A stretch of 64,000 nucleotides of DNA from Eledone cirrhosa. Its lineage: Eukaryota. The notes under the pieces were generated by a model. The model saw only the letters and a list, made by a program, of their open reading frames with translations. It made no database searches and was not told the DNA's origin. This document shows positions 13,701-27,200 of the stretch, in pieces (position 1 is the stretch's first letter; each line of letters begins with the position of its first letter). The translations under genes were made by a program, and so were the position numbers. The DNA is taken from contig OZ024740.1 of the NCBI GenBank assembly GCA_964016885.1, positions 28,458,001-28,522,000 on the forward strand, in the 5' to 3' direction.

Positions 13701-16700
13701 TCCTGAGTATATGTGATCTTCCTGAGTATATGTGATTTTCCTGACTATATGTGTTTTTCCTGAGTATATGTGATTTTCATGACTATATGTGATTTTCCTG
13801 AGTATATGTGATTTTCCTGACTATATGTGATTTTCCTGACAATATGTGATTTTCCTGAGTATGTGTGATTTCCCTGAGTATATGTCATTTTCATGAGTAT
13901 ACGTGATTTTCCTGAGTATATGTAATTTCTTTGAGTATATGTGATTTCCCTGACTATATGTGATGTTCCTGAGTATATGTGATCTTCCTGAGTATATGTG
14001 ATTTTCCTGAGTATAGGCGATTTTCCTGAGTATATGTGATTTTTCTGACTATATGTGATCTTCCTGAGTATATGTGATTTCCCTGAGTATATGTGATTTT
14101 CCTGAGTATATATGATTTTCCTGAGTATATGTTATTTTCCTGAGTATATGTGATTTCCCTGAATATATGTGATTTTCCAGAGTATATGTGATTTTTCTGT
14201 GTATATATAATTTTCCTGAGTATATGTGACTTTCCTGAGTATATGTGATTTCCCTGAGTATATGTGATTTTCCTCAGTATATGCGATTTTCCTGACAATA
14301 TTTGATTTTCCTGAGTATATGTGATTTTCCTGAGTATATGTGATTTTCCTGAGTATATGTGATTTTCTTGAGTATATGTGATTTTCATGAGTATATGTGA
14401 TTTCCCTGAGTATATGTGATTTTCCTGACTATTTGTGATTTTCCTGACTATGTGATTTTCTTGACTATATGTGATTTTCCTGAGTATATGTGATTTTCCT
14501 GACTATATGTGATTTTCCTGAGTATATAAAATTTCCCTGAGTATATGTGATTTTCCTGAGTATATGTGATTTTCCTGACTATATGTGATTTTCCTGAGTA
14601 TATGTGATTTCCCTGACTATATGTGATTTTCCTGAGTATATGTAATTTCCCTGAGTATATGTGATTTTCCTGAGTTTATGTGATCTCCTGACTATATGTG
14701 ATTTTCCTGAGTATATGTGATTTCCCTGACTATATGTGATTTCCCTGAGTATATGTGATTTTCCTGAGTATATGTGATTTTCCGGAGTATATGTGATTTC
14801 CCTGACTATATGTGATTTTCATGATTATATGTGATCTTCCTGAGTATATGTGATTTTCCTGAGTATATGTGATTTCCCTGAACATATGTGATTTTCCTGA
14901 GTATATGTGATCTTCCTGAGTATATGTGATTTTCCTGAGTATATGCGATTTTCCTGAGTATATGTGATTTTCCTGACTATATGTGATTTTCCTGAGTATA
15001 TGTGATTTTCCTGAGTATATGTGATTTTGCTGACTATATGTGATTTTCCTGAGTATATGTGATTTCCCTGAGTATATGTGATTTTCCTGAGTATATGTGA
15101 TTTTCCTGACTATATGTGATTTTCCTGAGTATATGTGATTTTCCTGACTATATGTGATTTTCCTGAGTATATGTGATCTTCCTGAGTATATGTGATCTTC
15201 CTGAGCATATGTGATTTTCCTGAGTATGGGCGATTTTCCTGAGTATATGTGATTTTTCTGAGTATATGTGATTTTCCTGAGTATATGTGATTTCCCTGAA
15301 TATATGTGATTTTCCTGAGTATATGTGATTTTTCTGTGTATATATGATTTTCATGAGTATATGTGATTTTCATGAGTATATGTGATTTCCCTGAGCATAT
15401 GTGATTTTCCTCAGTATATGTGATTTTCCTGACAATATGTGATTTTCCTGAGTATATGTGATCTTCCTGAGTATATGTGATTTTCCTGACTATATGTGAT
15501 TTTCCTGAGTATATGTGATTTTCATGACTATATGTGATTTTCCTGAGTATATGTGATTTTCCTGACTATATGTGATTTTCCTGACAATATGTGATTTTCC
15601 TGAGTATGTGTGATTTCCCTGAGTATATGTCATTTTCATGAGTATACGTGATTTTCCTGAGTATATGTAATTTCTTTGAGTATATGTGATTTCCCTGACT
15701 ATATGTGATGTTCCTGAGTATATGTGATCTTCCTGAGTATATGTGATTTTCCTGAGTATAGGCGATTTTCCTGAGTATATGTGATTTTTCTGACTATATG
15801 TGATCTTCCTGAGTATATGTGATTTCCCTGAGTATATGTGATTTTCCTGAGTATATATGATTTTCCTGAGTATATGTTATTTTCCTGAGTATATGTGATT
15901 TCCCTGAATATATGTGATTTTCCAGAGTATATGTGATTTTTCTGTGTATATATAATTTTCCTGAGTATATGTGACTTTCCTGAGTATATGTGATTTCCCT
16001 GAGTATATGTGATTTTCCTCAGTATATGCGATTTTCCTGACAATATTTGATTTTCCTGAGTATATGTGATTTTCCTGAGTATATGTGATTTTCCTGAGTA
16101 TATGTGATTTTCTTGAGTATATGTGATTTTCATGAGTATATGTGATTTCCCTGAGTATATGTGATTTTCCTGACTATTTGTGATTTTCCTGACTATGTGA
16201 TTTTCTTGACTATATGTGATTTTCCTGAGTATATGTGATTTTCCTGACTATATGTGATTTTCCTGAGTATATAAAATTTCCCTGAGTATATGTGATTTTC
16301 CTGAGTATATGTGATTTTCCTGACTATATGTGATTTTCCTGAGTATATGTGATTTCCCTGACTATATGTGATTTTCCTGAGTATATGTAATTTCCCTGAG
16401 TATATGTGATTTTCCTGAGTATATGTGATCTCCTGACTATATGTGATTTTCCTGAGTATATGTGATTTCCCTGACTATATGTGATTTCCCTGAGTATATG
16501 TGATTTTCCTGAGTATATGTGATTTTCCGGAGTATATGTGATTTCCCTGACTATATGTGATTTTCCTCAGTATATGTGATTTTCCTGACAATATGTGATT
16601 TTCCTGAGTATATGTGATCTTCCTGAGTATATGTGATTTTCCTGACTATATGTGATTTTCCTGAGTATATGTGATTTTCCTGAGTATATGTGATCTTCCT

Positions 16701-19700
16701 GAGTATATGTGATTTTCCTGAGTATATGCGATTTTCCTGAGTATATGTGATTTTCCTGAGAATATGTGATTTATTTGAGTATATGTGATTTCCCTGACTA
16801 TATGTGATTTTCCTGAGTATATGTGATTTCCCTGAGTATATGTGACATTCCTGAGTATATGTTATTTTCCTGAGTATTTGATTTTCCTGATTATTTGTGA
16901 TTTTCCTGACTATATGTGATTTTCATGAGTATATGTGATCTTCCTGAGTATATGTGATTTTCCTGAGTATATGCGATTTTCCTGAGTATATGTGATTTTT
17001 CTGAGTATATGTGATTTTGCTGACTATATGTGACCTTCCTCAGTATATGTGATTTCCCGCAATATACGTGATTTTCCTGAGTATTTGATTTTCCTGACTA
17101 TTTGTGATTTTCCTGACTATATGTGATTTTCATGAGTATATGTGATTTCCCTGAGTATATGGGATTTTGCTGACTATTTGTGATTCTCCTGAGTATATGT
17201 GATTTTCCTGACTATATGTGATTTTCCTGAGTATATGTGATCTTCCTGAGTATATGTGATTTTCCTGAGTATAGGCGATTTTCCTGAGTATATGTGATTT
17301 TGCTGACTATATGTGATCTTCCTCAGTATATGTGATTTCCCGCAATATATGTGATTTTCCTGAGTGTATGTGATTTTCCTGAGTATATGTGATCTCCCTG
17401 AATATATGTGATTTTCCTGAGTATATGTGATTTTCCTGTGTATATATGATTTTCCTGAGTATATGTGATCTTCCTGAGCATATGTGATTTTCCTGAGTAT
17501 GGGCGATTTTCCTGAGTATATGTTATTTTTCTGAGTATATGTGATTTTCCTGAGTATATGTTATTTTCCTGAGTATATGTGATTTTTCTGTGTATATATG
17601 ATTTTCATGAGTATATGTGATTTTCATGAGTATATGTGATTTCCCTGAGCATATGTGATTTTCCTCAGTATATGTGATTTTCCTGACAATATGTGATTTT
17701 CCTGAGTATATGTGATTTTCCTGAGTATATGTGATTTTCCTGAGTATATGTGATTTTCTTGAGTATATGTGATTTTTCTGAGTATATGTGATTTCCCTGA
17801 GTATATGTGATTTTCCTGAGTATTTGTGATTTTCCTGAGTATATGTGATTTTCTTGACTATATGTGATTTTCCTGAGTATATGAAATTTCCCTGAGTATA
17901 TGTGATTTTCCTGAGTATATGTGATTTTCCTGACTATATGTGATTTTCCTGAGTATATGTGATTTCCCTGAGTATATGTGATTTTCCTGAGTATATGTTA
18001 TTATCCTGAGTATTTAATTTTCCTGACTATTTGTGATTTTCCTGAATATATGTGATTTTCCTGAGTATATGTGATCTTCCTGAGTATATGTGATTTTCCT
18101 GAGTATATGCGATTTTCCTGAGTATATGTGATTTTCCTGACTATATGTGATTTTCCTGAGTATATGTGATTTTCCTGAGTATATGTGATTTTGCTGACTA
18201 TATGTGATTTTCCTGAGTATATGTGATTTCCCTGAGTATATGTGATTTTCCTGAGTATATGTGATTTTCCTGACTATATGTGATTTTCCTGAGTATATGT
18301 GATTTTCCTGACTATATGTGATTTTCCTGAGTATATGTGATCTTCCTGAGTATATGTGATCTTCCTGAGCATATGTGATTTTCCTGAGTATGGGCGATTT
18401 TCCTGAGTATATGTGATTTTTCTGAGTATATGTGATTTTCCTGAGTATATGTGATTTCCCTGAATATATGTGATTTTCCTGAGTATATGTGATTTTTCTG
18501 TGTATATATGATTTTCATGAGTATATGTGATTTTCATGAGTATATGTGATTTCCCTGAGCATATGTGATTTTCCTCAGTATATGTGATTTTCCTGACAAT
18601 ATGTGATTTTCCTGAGTATATGTGATCTTCCTGAGTATATGTGATTTTCCTGACTATATGTGATTTTCCTGAGTATATGTGATTTTCATGACTATATGTG
18701 ATTTTCCTGAGTATATGTGATTTTCCTGACTATATGTGATTTTCCTGACAATATGTGATTTTCCTGAGTATGTGTGATTTCCCTGAGTATATGTCATTTT
18801 CATGAGTATACGTGATTTTCCTGAGTATATGTAATTTCTTTGAGTATATGTGATTTCCCTGACTATATGTGATGTTCCTGAGTATATGTGATCTTCCTGA
18901 GTATATGTGATTTTCCTGAGTATAGGCGATTTTCCTGAGTATATGTGATTTTTCTGACTATATGTGATCTTCCTGAGTATATGTGATTTCCCTGAGTATA
19001 TGTGATTTTCCTGAGTATATATGATTTTCCTGAGTATATGTTATTTTCCTGAGTATATGTGATTTCCCTGAATATATGTGATTTTCCAGAGTATATGTGA
19101 TTTTTCTGTGTATATATAATTTTCCTGAGTATATGTGACTTTCCTGAGTATATGTGATTTCCCTGAGTATATGTGATTTTCCTCAGTATATGCGATTTTC
19201 CTGACAATATTTGATTTTCCTGAGTATATGTGATTTTCCTGAGTATATGTGATTTTCCTGAGTATATGTGATTTTCTTGAGTATATGTGATTTTCATGAG
19301 TATATGTGATTTCCCTGAGTATATGTGATTTTCCTGACTATTTGTGATTTTCCTGACTATGTGATTTTCTTGACTATATGTGATTTTCCTGAGTATATGT
19401 GATTTTCCTGACTATATGTGATTTTCCTGAGTATATAAAATTTCCCTGAGTATATGTGATTTTCCTGAGTATATGTGATTTTCCTGACTATATGTGATTT
19501 TCCTGAGTATATGTGATTTCCCTGACTATATGTGATTTTCCTGAGTATATGTAATTTCCCTGAGTATATGTGATTTTCCTGAGTATATGTGATCTCCTGA
19601 CTATATGTGATTTTCCTGAGTATATGTGATTTCCCTGACTATATGTGATTTCCCTGAGTATATGTGATTTTCCTGAGTATATGTGATTTTCCGGAGTATA

Positions 19701-20399
19701 TGTGATTTCCCTGACTATATGTGATTTTCATGATTATATGTGATCTTCCTGAGTATATGTGATTTTCCTGAGTATATGTGATTTCCCTGAGTATATGTGA
19801 TTTTCCTGAGTATATGTGATTTTCATACTATATGTGATTTTCCTGAGTATATGTGATTTTCATGACTATGTGATTTTCCTGAGAATATGTGATTTTCATG
19901 AGTATATGTGATTTTCCTGAGTATATGTGATCTTCTTGAGTATATGTGATTTTCTTGAGTATATGTGATTTTCCTGCGTATATGTGATTTCCCTGAGTAT
20001 ATGTGATTTTCCTGACTATTTGTGATTTTCCTGACTATGTGATTTTCTTGACTATATGTGATTTTCCTGAGTATATGTGATTTTCCTGACTATATGTGAT
20101 TTTCCTGAGTATATGTGATTTCCCTGACTATATGTGATTTCCCGGAGTATATGTGATTTTCATGAGTATATGTGATTTTCCTGAGTATATGTGATCTTCC
20201 TGAGTATATGTGATTTTCATGAGTATATGTGATTTTCCTGAGTATATGTGATCTTCCTGAGTATATGTGATTTTCCTGAGTATATGTGATTTCCCTGAGT
20301 ATATGTGATTTTCCTGAGTATATGTGATTTTCCTGACTATATGTGATTTTCCTGAGTATATGTGATTTTCCTGACTATATGTGATTTTCCTGAGTATAT

Positions 20400-21225
20400 G
20401 TGATTTTCCTGACTATATGTGATTTTCCTGACAATATGTGATTTTCCTGAGTATGTGTGATTTCCCTGAGTATATGTGATTTTCATGAGTATATGTGATA
20501 TTCCTGAGTATATGTGATTTTCCTGACTATATGTGATTTTCCTGAGTATATGTAATCTTCCTCAGTATATAATTTTCCTGAGTATATGCGATTTTCCTGA
20601 GTATATGTGATTTTCCTGAGTATATGTGATTTATTTAAGTATATGTGATTTCCCTGACTATATGTGATTTTCCTGAGTATATGTGATTTTCCTGAGTATA
20701 TGTGATTTTCCTGAGTATATGTGATTTTCCTGAGTATATGTGATTTTCTTGAGTATATGTGATTTTTCTGAGTATATGTGATTTCCCTGAGTATATGTGA
20801 TTTTCCTGAGTATATGTGATTTTCCTGACTATATGTGATTTTCCTGACAATATGTGATTTTCCTGAGTATGTGTGATTTCCCTGAGTATATGTGATTTTC
20901 ATGAGTATATGTGATATTCCTGAGTATATGTGATTTTCCTGACTATATGTGATTTTCCTGAGTATATGTAATCTTCCTCAGTATATAATTTTCCTGAGTA
21001 TATGCGATTTTCCTGAGTATATGTGATTTTCCTGAGTATATGTGATTTATTTAAGTATATGTGATTTCCCTGACTATATGTGATTTTCCTGAGTATATGT
21101 GATTTTCCTGAGTATATGTGATTTTCCTGAGTATATGTGATTTTCCTGAGTATATGTGATTTTCTTGAGTATATGTGATTTTTCTGAGTATATGTGATTT
21201 CCCTGAGTATATGTGATTTTCCTGA
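20400..21225 (+). repeat. Local tandem duplication of 416 bp (22 monomers, one of 17 bp)
   Basis: GATTTATTTAAG at 20628 and 21044, and AATCTTCCTCAGTATATAATTTT is repeated at the same spacing. The paralogous region at ~12.5-12.9 kb has only one copy. Confidence 0.85.
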
Positions 21226-24200
21226 GTATTTGTGATTTTCCTGAGTATATGTGATTTTCTTGACTATATGTGATTTTCCTGAGTATATGAAATTTCCCTG
21301 AGTATATGTGATTTTCCTGAGTATATGTGATTTTCCTGACTATATGTGATTTTCCTGAGTATATGTGATTTCCCTGAGTATATGTGATTTTCCTGAGTAT
21401 ATGTTATTATCCTGAGTATTTAATTTTCCTGACTATTTGTGATTTTCCTGAATATATGTGATTTTCCTGAGTATATGTGATCTTCCTGAGTATATGTGAT
21501 TTTCCTGAGTATATGCGATTTTCCTGAGTATATGTGATTTTCCTGACTATATGTGATTTTCCTGAGTATATGTGATTTTCCTGAGTATATTTGATTTTGC
21601 TGACTATATGTGATTTTCCTGAGTATATGTGATTTCCCTGAGTATATGTGATTTTCCTGAGTATATGTGATTTTCCTGACTATATGTGATTTTCCTGAGT
21701 ATATGTGATTTTCCTGACTATATGTGATTTTCCTGAGTATATGTGATCTTCCTGAGTATATGTGATCTTCCTGAGCATATGTGATTTTCCTGAGTATGGG
21801 CGATTTTCCTGAGTATATGTGATTTTTCTGAGTATATGTGATTTTCCTGAGTATATGTGATTTCCCTGAATATATGTGATTTTCCTGAGTATATGTGATT
21901 TTTCTGTGTATATATGATTTTCATGAGTATATGTGATTTTCATGAGTATATGTGATTTCCCTGAGCATATGTGATTTTCCTCAGTATATGTGATTTTCCT
22001 GACAATATGTGATTTTCCTGAGTATATGTGATCTTCCTGAGTATATGTGATTTTCCTGACTATATGTGATTTTCCTGAGTATATGTGATTTTCATGACTA
22101 TATGTGATTTTCCTGAGTATATGTGATTTTCCTGACTATATGTGATTTTCCTGACAATATGTGATTTTCCTGAGTATGTGTGATTTCCCTGAGTATATGT
22201 CATTTTCATGAGTATACGTGATTTTCCTGAGTATATGTAATTTCTTTGAGTATATGTGATTTCCCTGACTATATGTGATGTTCCTGAGTATATGTGATCT
22301 TCCTGAGTATATGTGATTTTCCTGAGTATAGGCGATTTTCCTGAGTATATGTGATTTTTCTGACTATATGTGATCTTCCTGAGTATATGTGATTTCCCTG
22401 AGTATATGTGATTTTCCTGAGTATATATGATTTTCCTGAGTATATGTTATTTTCCTGAGTATATGTGATTTCCCTGAATATATGTGATTTTCCAGAGTAT
22501 ATGTGATTTTTCTGTGTATATATAATTTTCCTGAGTATATGTGACTTTCCTGAGTATATGTGATTTCCCTGAGTATATGTGATTTTCCTCAGTATATGCG
22601 ATTTTCCTGACAATATTTGATTTTCCTGAGTATATGTGATTTTCCTGAGTATATGTGATTTTCCTGAGTATATGTGATTTTCTTGAGTATATGTGATTTT
22701 CATGAGTATATGTGATTTCCCTGAGTATATGTGATTTTCCTGACTATTTGTGATTTTCCTGACTATGTGATTTTCTTGACTATATGTGATTTTCCTGAGT
22801 ATATGTGATTTTCCTGACTATATGTGATTTTCCTGAGTATATAAAATTTCCCTGAGTATATGTGATTTTCCTGAGTATATGTGATTTTCCTGACTATATG
22901 TGATTTTCCTGAGTATATGTGATTTCCCTGACTATATGTGATTTTCCTGAGTATATGTAATTTCCCTAAGTATATGTGATTTTCCTGAGTATATGTGATC
23001 TCCTGACTATATGTGATTTTCCTGAGTATATGTGATTTCCCTGACTATATGTGATTTCCCTGAGTATATGTGATTTTCCTGAGTATATGTGATTTTCCGG
23101 AGTATATGTGATTTCCCTGACTATATGTGATTTTCATGATTATATGTGATCTTCCAGAGTATATGTGATTTTCCTGAGTATATGTGATTTCCCTGAGTAT
23201 ATGTGATTTTCCTGAGTATATGTGATTTTCATACTATATGTGATTTTCCTGAGTATATGTGATTTTCATGACTATGTGATTTTCCTGAGAATATGTGATT
23301 TTCATGAGTATATGTGATTTTCCTGAGTATATGTGATCTTCTTGAGTATATGTGATTTTCTTGAGTATATGTGATTTTCCTGCGTATATGTGATTTCCCT
23401 GAGTATATGTGATTTTCCTGACTATTTGTGATTTTCCTGACTATGTGATTTTCTTGACTATATGTGATTTTCCTGAGTATATGTGATTTTCCTGACTATA
23501 TGTGATTTTCCTGAGTATATGTGATTTCCCTGACTATATGTGATTTCCCGGAGTATATGTGATTTTCATGAGTATATGTGATTTTCCTGAGTATATGTGA
23601 TCTTCCTGAGTATATGTGATTTTCATGAGTATATGTGATTTTCCTGAGTATATGTGATCTTCCTGAGTATATGTGATTTTCCTGAGTATATGTGATTTCC
23701 CTGAGTATATGTGATTTTCCTGAGTATATGTGATTTTCCTGACTATATGTGATTTTCCTGAGTATATGTGATTTTCCTGACTATATGTGATTTTCCTGAG
23801 TATATGTGATTTTCCTGACTATATGTGATTTTCCTGACAATATGTGATTTTCCTGAGTATGTGTGATTTCCCTGAGTATATGTGATTTTCATGAGTATAT
23901 GTGATATTCCTGAGTATATGTGATTTTCCTGACTATATGTGATTTTCCTGAGTATATGTAATCTTCCTCAGTATATAATTTTCCTGAGTATATGCGATTT
24001 TCCTGAGTATATGTGATTTTCCTGAGTATATGTGATTTATTTAAGTATATGTGATTTCCCTGACTATATGTGATTTTCCTGAGTATATGTGATTTCCCTG
24101 AGTATATGTGATTTTCCTGAGTATATATTATTTTCCTGAGTATTTGATTTTCCTGACTATTTGTGATTTTCCTGACTATATGTGATTTTCCTGAGTATAT

Positions 24201-27200
24201 GTGATCTTCCTGAGTATATGTGATTTTCCTGACTATATGTGATCTTTCTGAGTATATGTGATTTTCCTGAGTATATGTGATTTTGCTGACTATTTGTGAT
24301 TTTCCTGAGTATATGTGATTTTCCTGACTATATGTGATTTTCCTGAGTATATGTGATCTTCCTGAGTATAAGTGATTTTCCTGAGTATAGGCGATTTTCC
24401 TGAGTATATGTGATTTTGCTGACTATATGTGATCTTCCTCAGTATATGTGATTTCCCGCAATATATGTGATTTTCCTGAGTATATGTGATTTCCCTGAGT
24501 ATATGTGATTTCCTGAGTATATGTGATGTTGCTGAGTATATGTGATCTTCCTCAGTATATGTGATTTTCCTGACTATATGTGATTTTCCTGAGTATATAA
24601 AATTTCCCTGAGTATATGTGATTTTCCTGAGTATATGTGATTTTCCTGACTATATGTGATTTTCCTGAGTATATGTGATTTCCCTGACTATATGTGATTT
24701 TCCTGAGTATATGTAATTTCCCTGAGTATATGTGATTTTCCTGAGTATATGTGATCTCCTGACTATATGTGATTTTCCTGAGTATATGTGATTTCCCTGA
24801 CTATATGTGATTTCCCTGAGTATATGTGATTTTCCTGAGTATATGTGATTTTCCGGAGTATATGTGATTTCCCTGACTATATGTGATTTTCATGATTATA
24901 TGTGATCTTCCTGAGTATATGTGATTTTCCTGAGTATATGTGATTTCCCTGAGTATATGTGATTTTCCTGAGTATATGTGATTTTCATACTATATGTGAT
25001 TTTCCTGAGTATATGTGATTTTCATGACTATGTGATTTTCCTGACAATATGTGATTTTCATGAGTATATGTGATTTTCCTGAGTATATGTGATTTTCTTG
25101 AGTATATGTGATTTTCTTGAGTATATGTGATTTTCCTGCGTATATGTGATTTCCCTGAGTATATGTGATTTTCCTGACTATTTGTGATTTTCCTGACTAT
25201 GTGATTTTCTTGACTATATGTGATTTTCCTGAGTATATGTGATTTTCCTGACTATATGTGATTTTCCTGACAATATGTGATTTTCCTGAGTATGTGTGAT
25301 TTCCCTGAGTATATGTGATTTTCATGAGTATATGTGATATTCCTGAGTATATGTGATCTTCCTGAGTATATGTGATTTTCATGAGTATATGTGATTTTCC
25401 TGAGTATATGTGATCTTCCTGAGTATATGTGATCTTCCTGAGTATATGTGATTTTCATGAGTATATGTGATTTTCCTGAGTATATGTGATCTTCCTGAGT
25501 ATATGTGATTTTCCTGAGTATATGTGATTTCCCTGAGTATATGTGATTTTCCTGAGTATATGTGATTTTCCTGACTATATGTGATTTTCCTGAGTATATG
25601 TGATTTTCCTGACTATATGTGATTTTCCTGAGTATATGTGATTTTCCTGACTATATGTGATTTTCCTGACAATATGTGATTTTCCTGAGTATGTGTGATT
25701 TCCCTGAGTATATGTGATTGTCATGAGTATATGTGATATTCCTGAGTATATGTGATTTTCCTGACTATATGTGATGTTCCTGAGTATATGTAATCTTCCT
25801 CAGTATATAATTTTCCTGAGTATATGCGATTTTCCTGAGTATATGTGATTTTCCTGAGTATATGTGATTTATTTAAGTATATGTGATTTCCCTGACTATA
25901 TGTGATTTTCCTGAGTATATGTGATTTCCCTGAGTATATGTGATTTTCCTGAGTATATATTATTTTCCTGAGTATTTGATTTTCCTGACTATTTGTGATT
26001 TTCCTGACTATATGTGATTTTCCTGAGTATATGTGATCTTCCTGAGTATATGTGATTTTCCTGAGTATATGCGATTTTCCTGAGTATATGTGATTTTCCT
26101 GACTATATGTGATCTTTCTGAGTATATGTGATTTTCCTGAGTATATGTGATTTTCCTGACTATATGTGATTTTCCTGAGTATATGTGATCTTCCTGAGTA
26201 TAAGTGATTTTCCTGAGTATAGGCGATTTCCCTGAGTATATGTGATTTTGCTGACTATATGTGATCTTCCTCAGTATATGTGATTTCCCGCAATATATGT
26301 GATTTTCCTGAGTATATGTGATTTCCCTGAGTATATGTGATTTTCCTGAGTATATGTGATTTTGCTGAGTATATGTGATTTCCCTGACTATATGTGATTT
26401 TCCTGACTATATGAGATTTTCCTGAGTATATGTGATTTTCCTGACTATATGTAATTTTCCTGAGTATATGTGATTTAACTGACTAGAAGTGATTTTTCTG
26501 AGTATATGTGATTTCCCTGACTATATGTGATTTTCCTGACTATATGAGATTTTCCTGAGTATATGTGATTTTCCTGACTATATGTGATTTTGTTGAGTAT
26601 ATGTGATTTCCCTGAGTATATGTGATTTTCCTGGCTATATGTGATTTTCCTGAGTATGGGCGATTTTACTGAGTATATGTGATTTTTCTGACTATATGTG
26701 ATCTTCCTGAGTATATGTGATTTCCCTGAGTATGTGATTTTCCTGAGTATATATGATTTTCCTGAGTATATGTGATTTTCCTGAGTATATGTGATTTCCC
26801 TGAATATATGTGATTTTCCAGAGTATATGTGATTTTTCTGTGTATATATGATTTTCCTGAGTATATGTGATTTTCCTGAGTATATGTGATTTTCCTGAGT
26901 ATATGTGATTTTCTTGAGTATATGTGATTTTTCTGAGTATATGTGATTTCCCTGAGTATATGTGATTTTCCTGACTATTTGTGATTTTCCTGACTATGTG
27001 ATTTTCTTGACTATATGTGATTTTCCTGAGTATATGTGATTTTCCTGACTATATGTGATTTTCCTGAGTATATGAGATTTCCCTGACTATATGTGATTTC
27101 CCTGACGATATGTGATTTTCCTAACTATATGTGACTTTCCTGACTATATGAGATTTTCCTGAGTATATGTGATTTTCCTGACTATATGTAATTTTCCTGA

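Larger units (their letters stand above)
6450..23195 (+). repeat. Tandem super-repeat: copy A ~6450-14880 (8433 bp), copy B ~14881-23195 (8315 bp)
   Basis: Offsets are 8433 (6677/15110, 7266/15699, CTGATTATTTG at 8454/16887), then 8450 (9824/18274), 7899 (10375/18274, 10964/18863) and 8315 (13365/21680, 13954/22269). The steps of -19, +36, -551 and +416 are each visible as indels of whole monomers. Confidence 0.85.
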
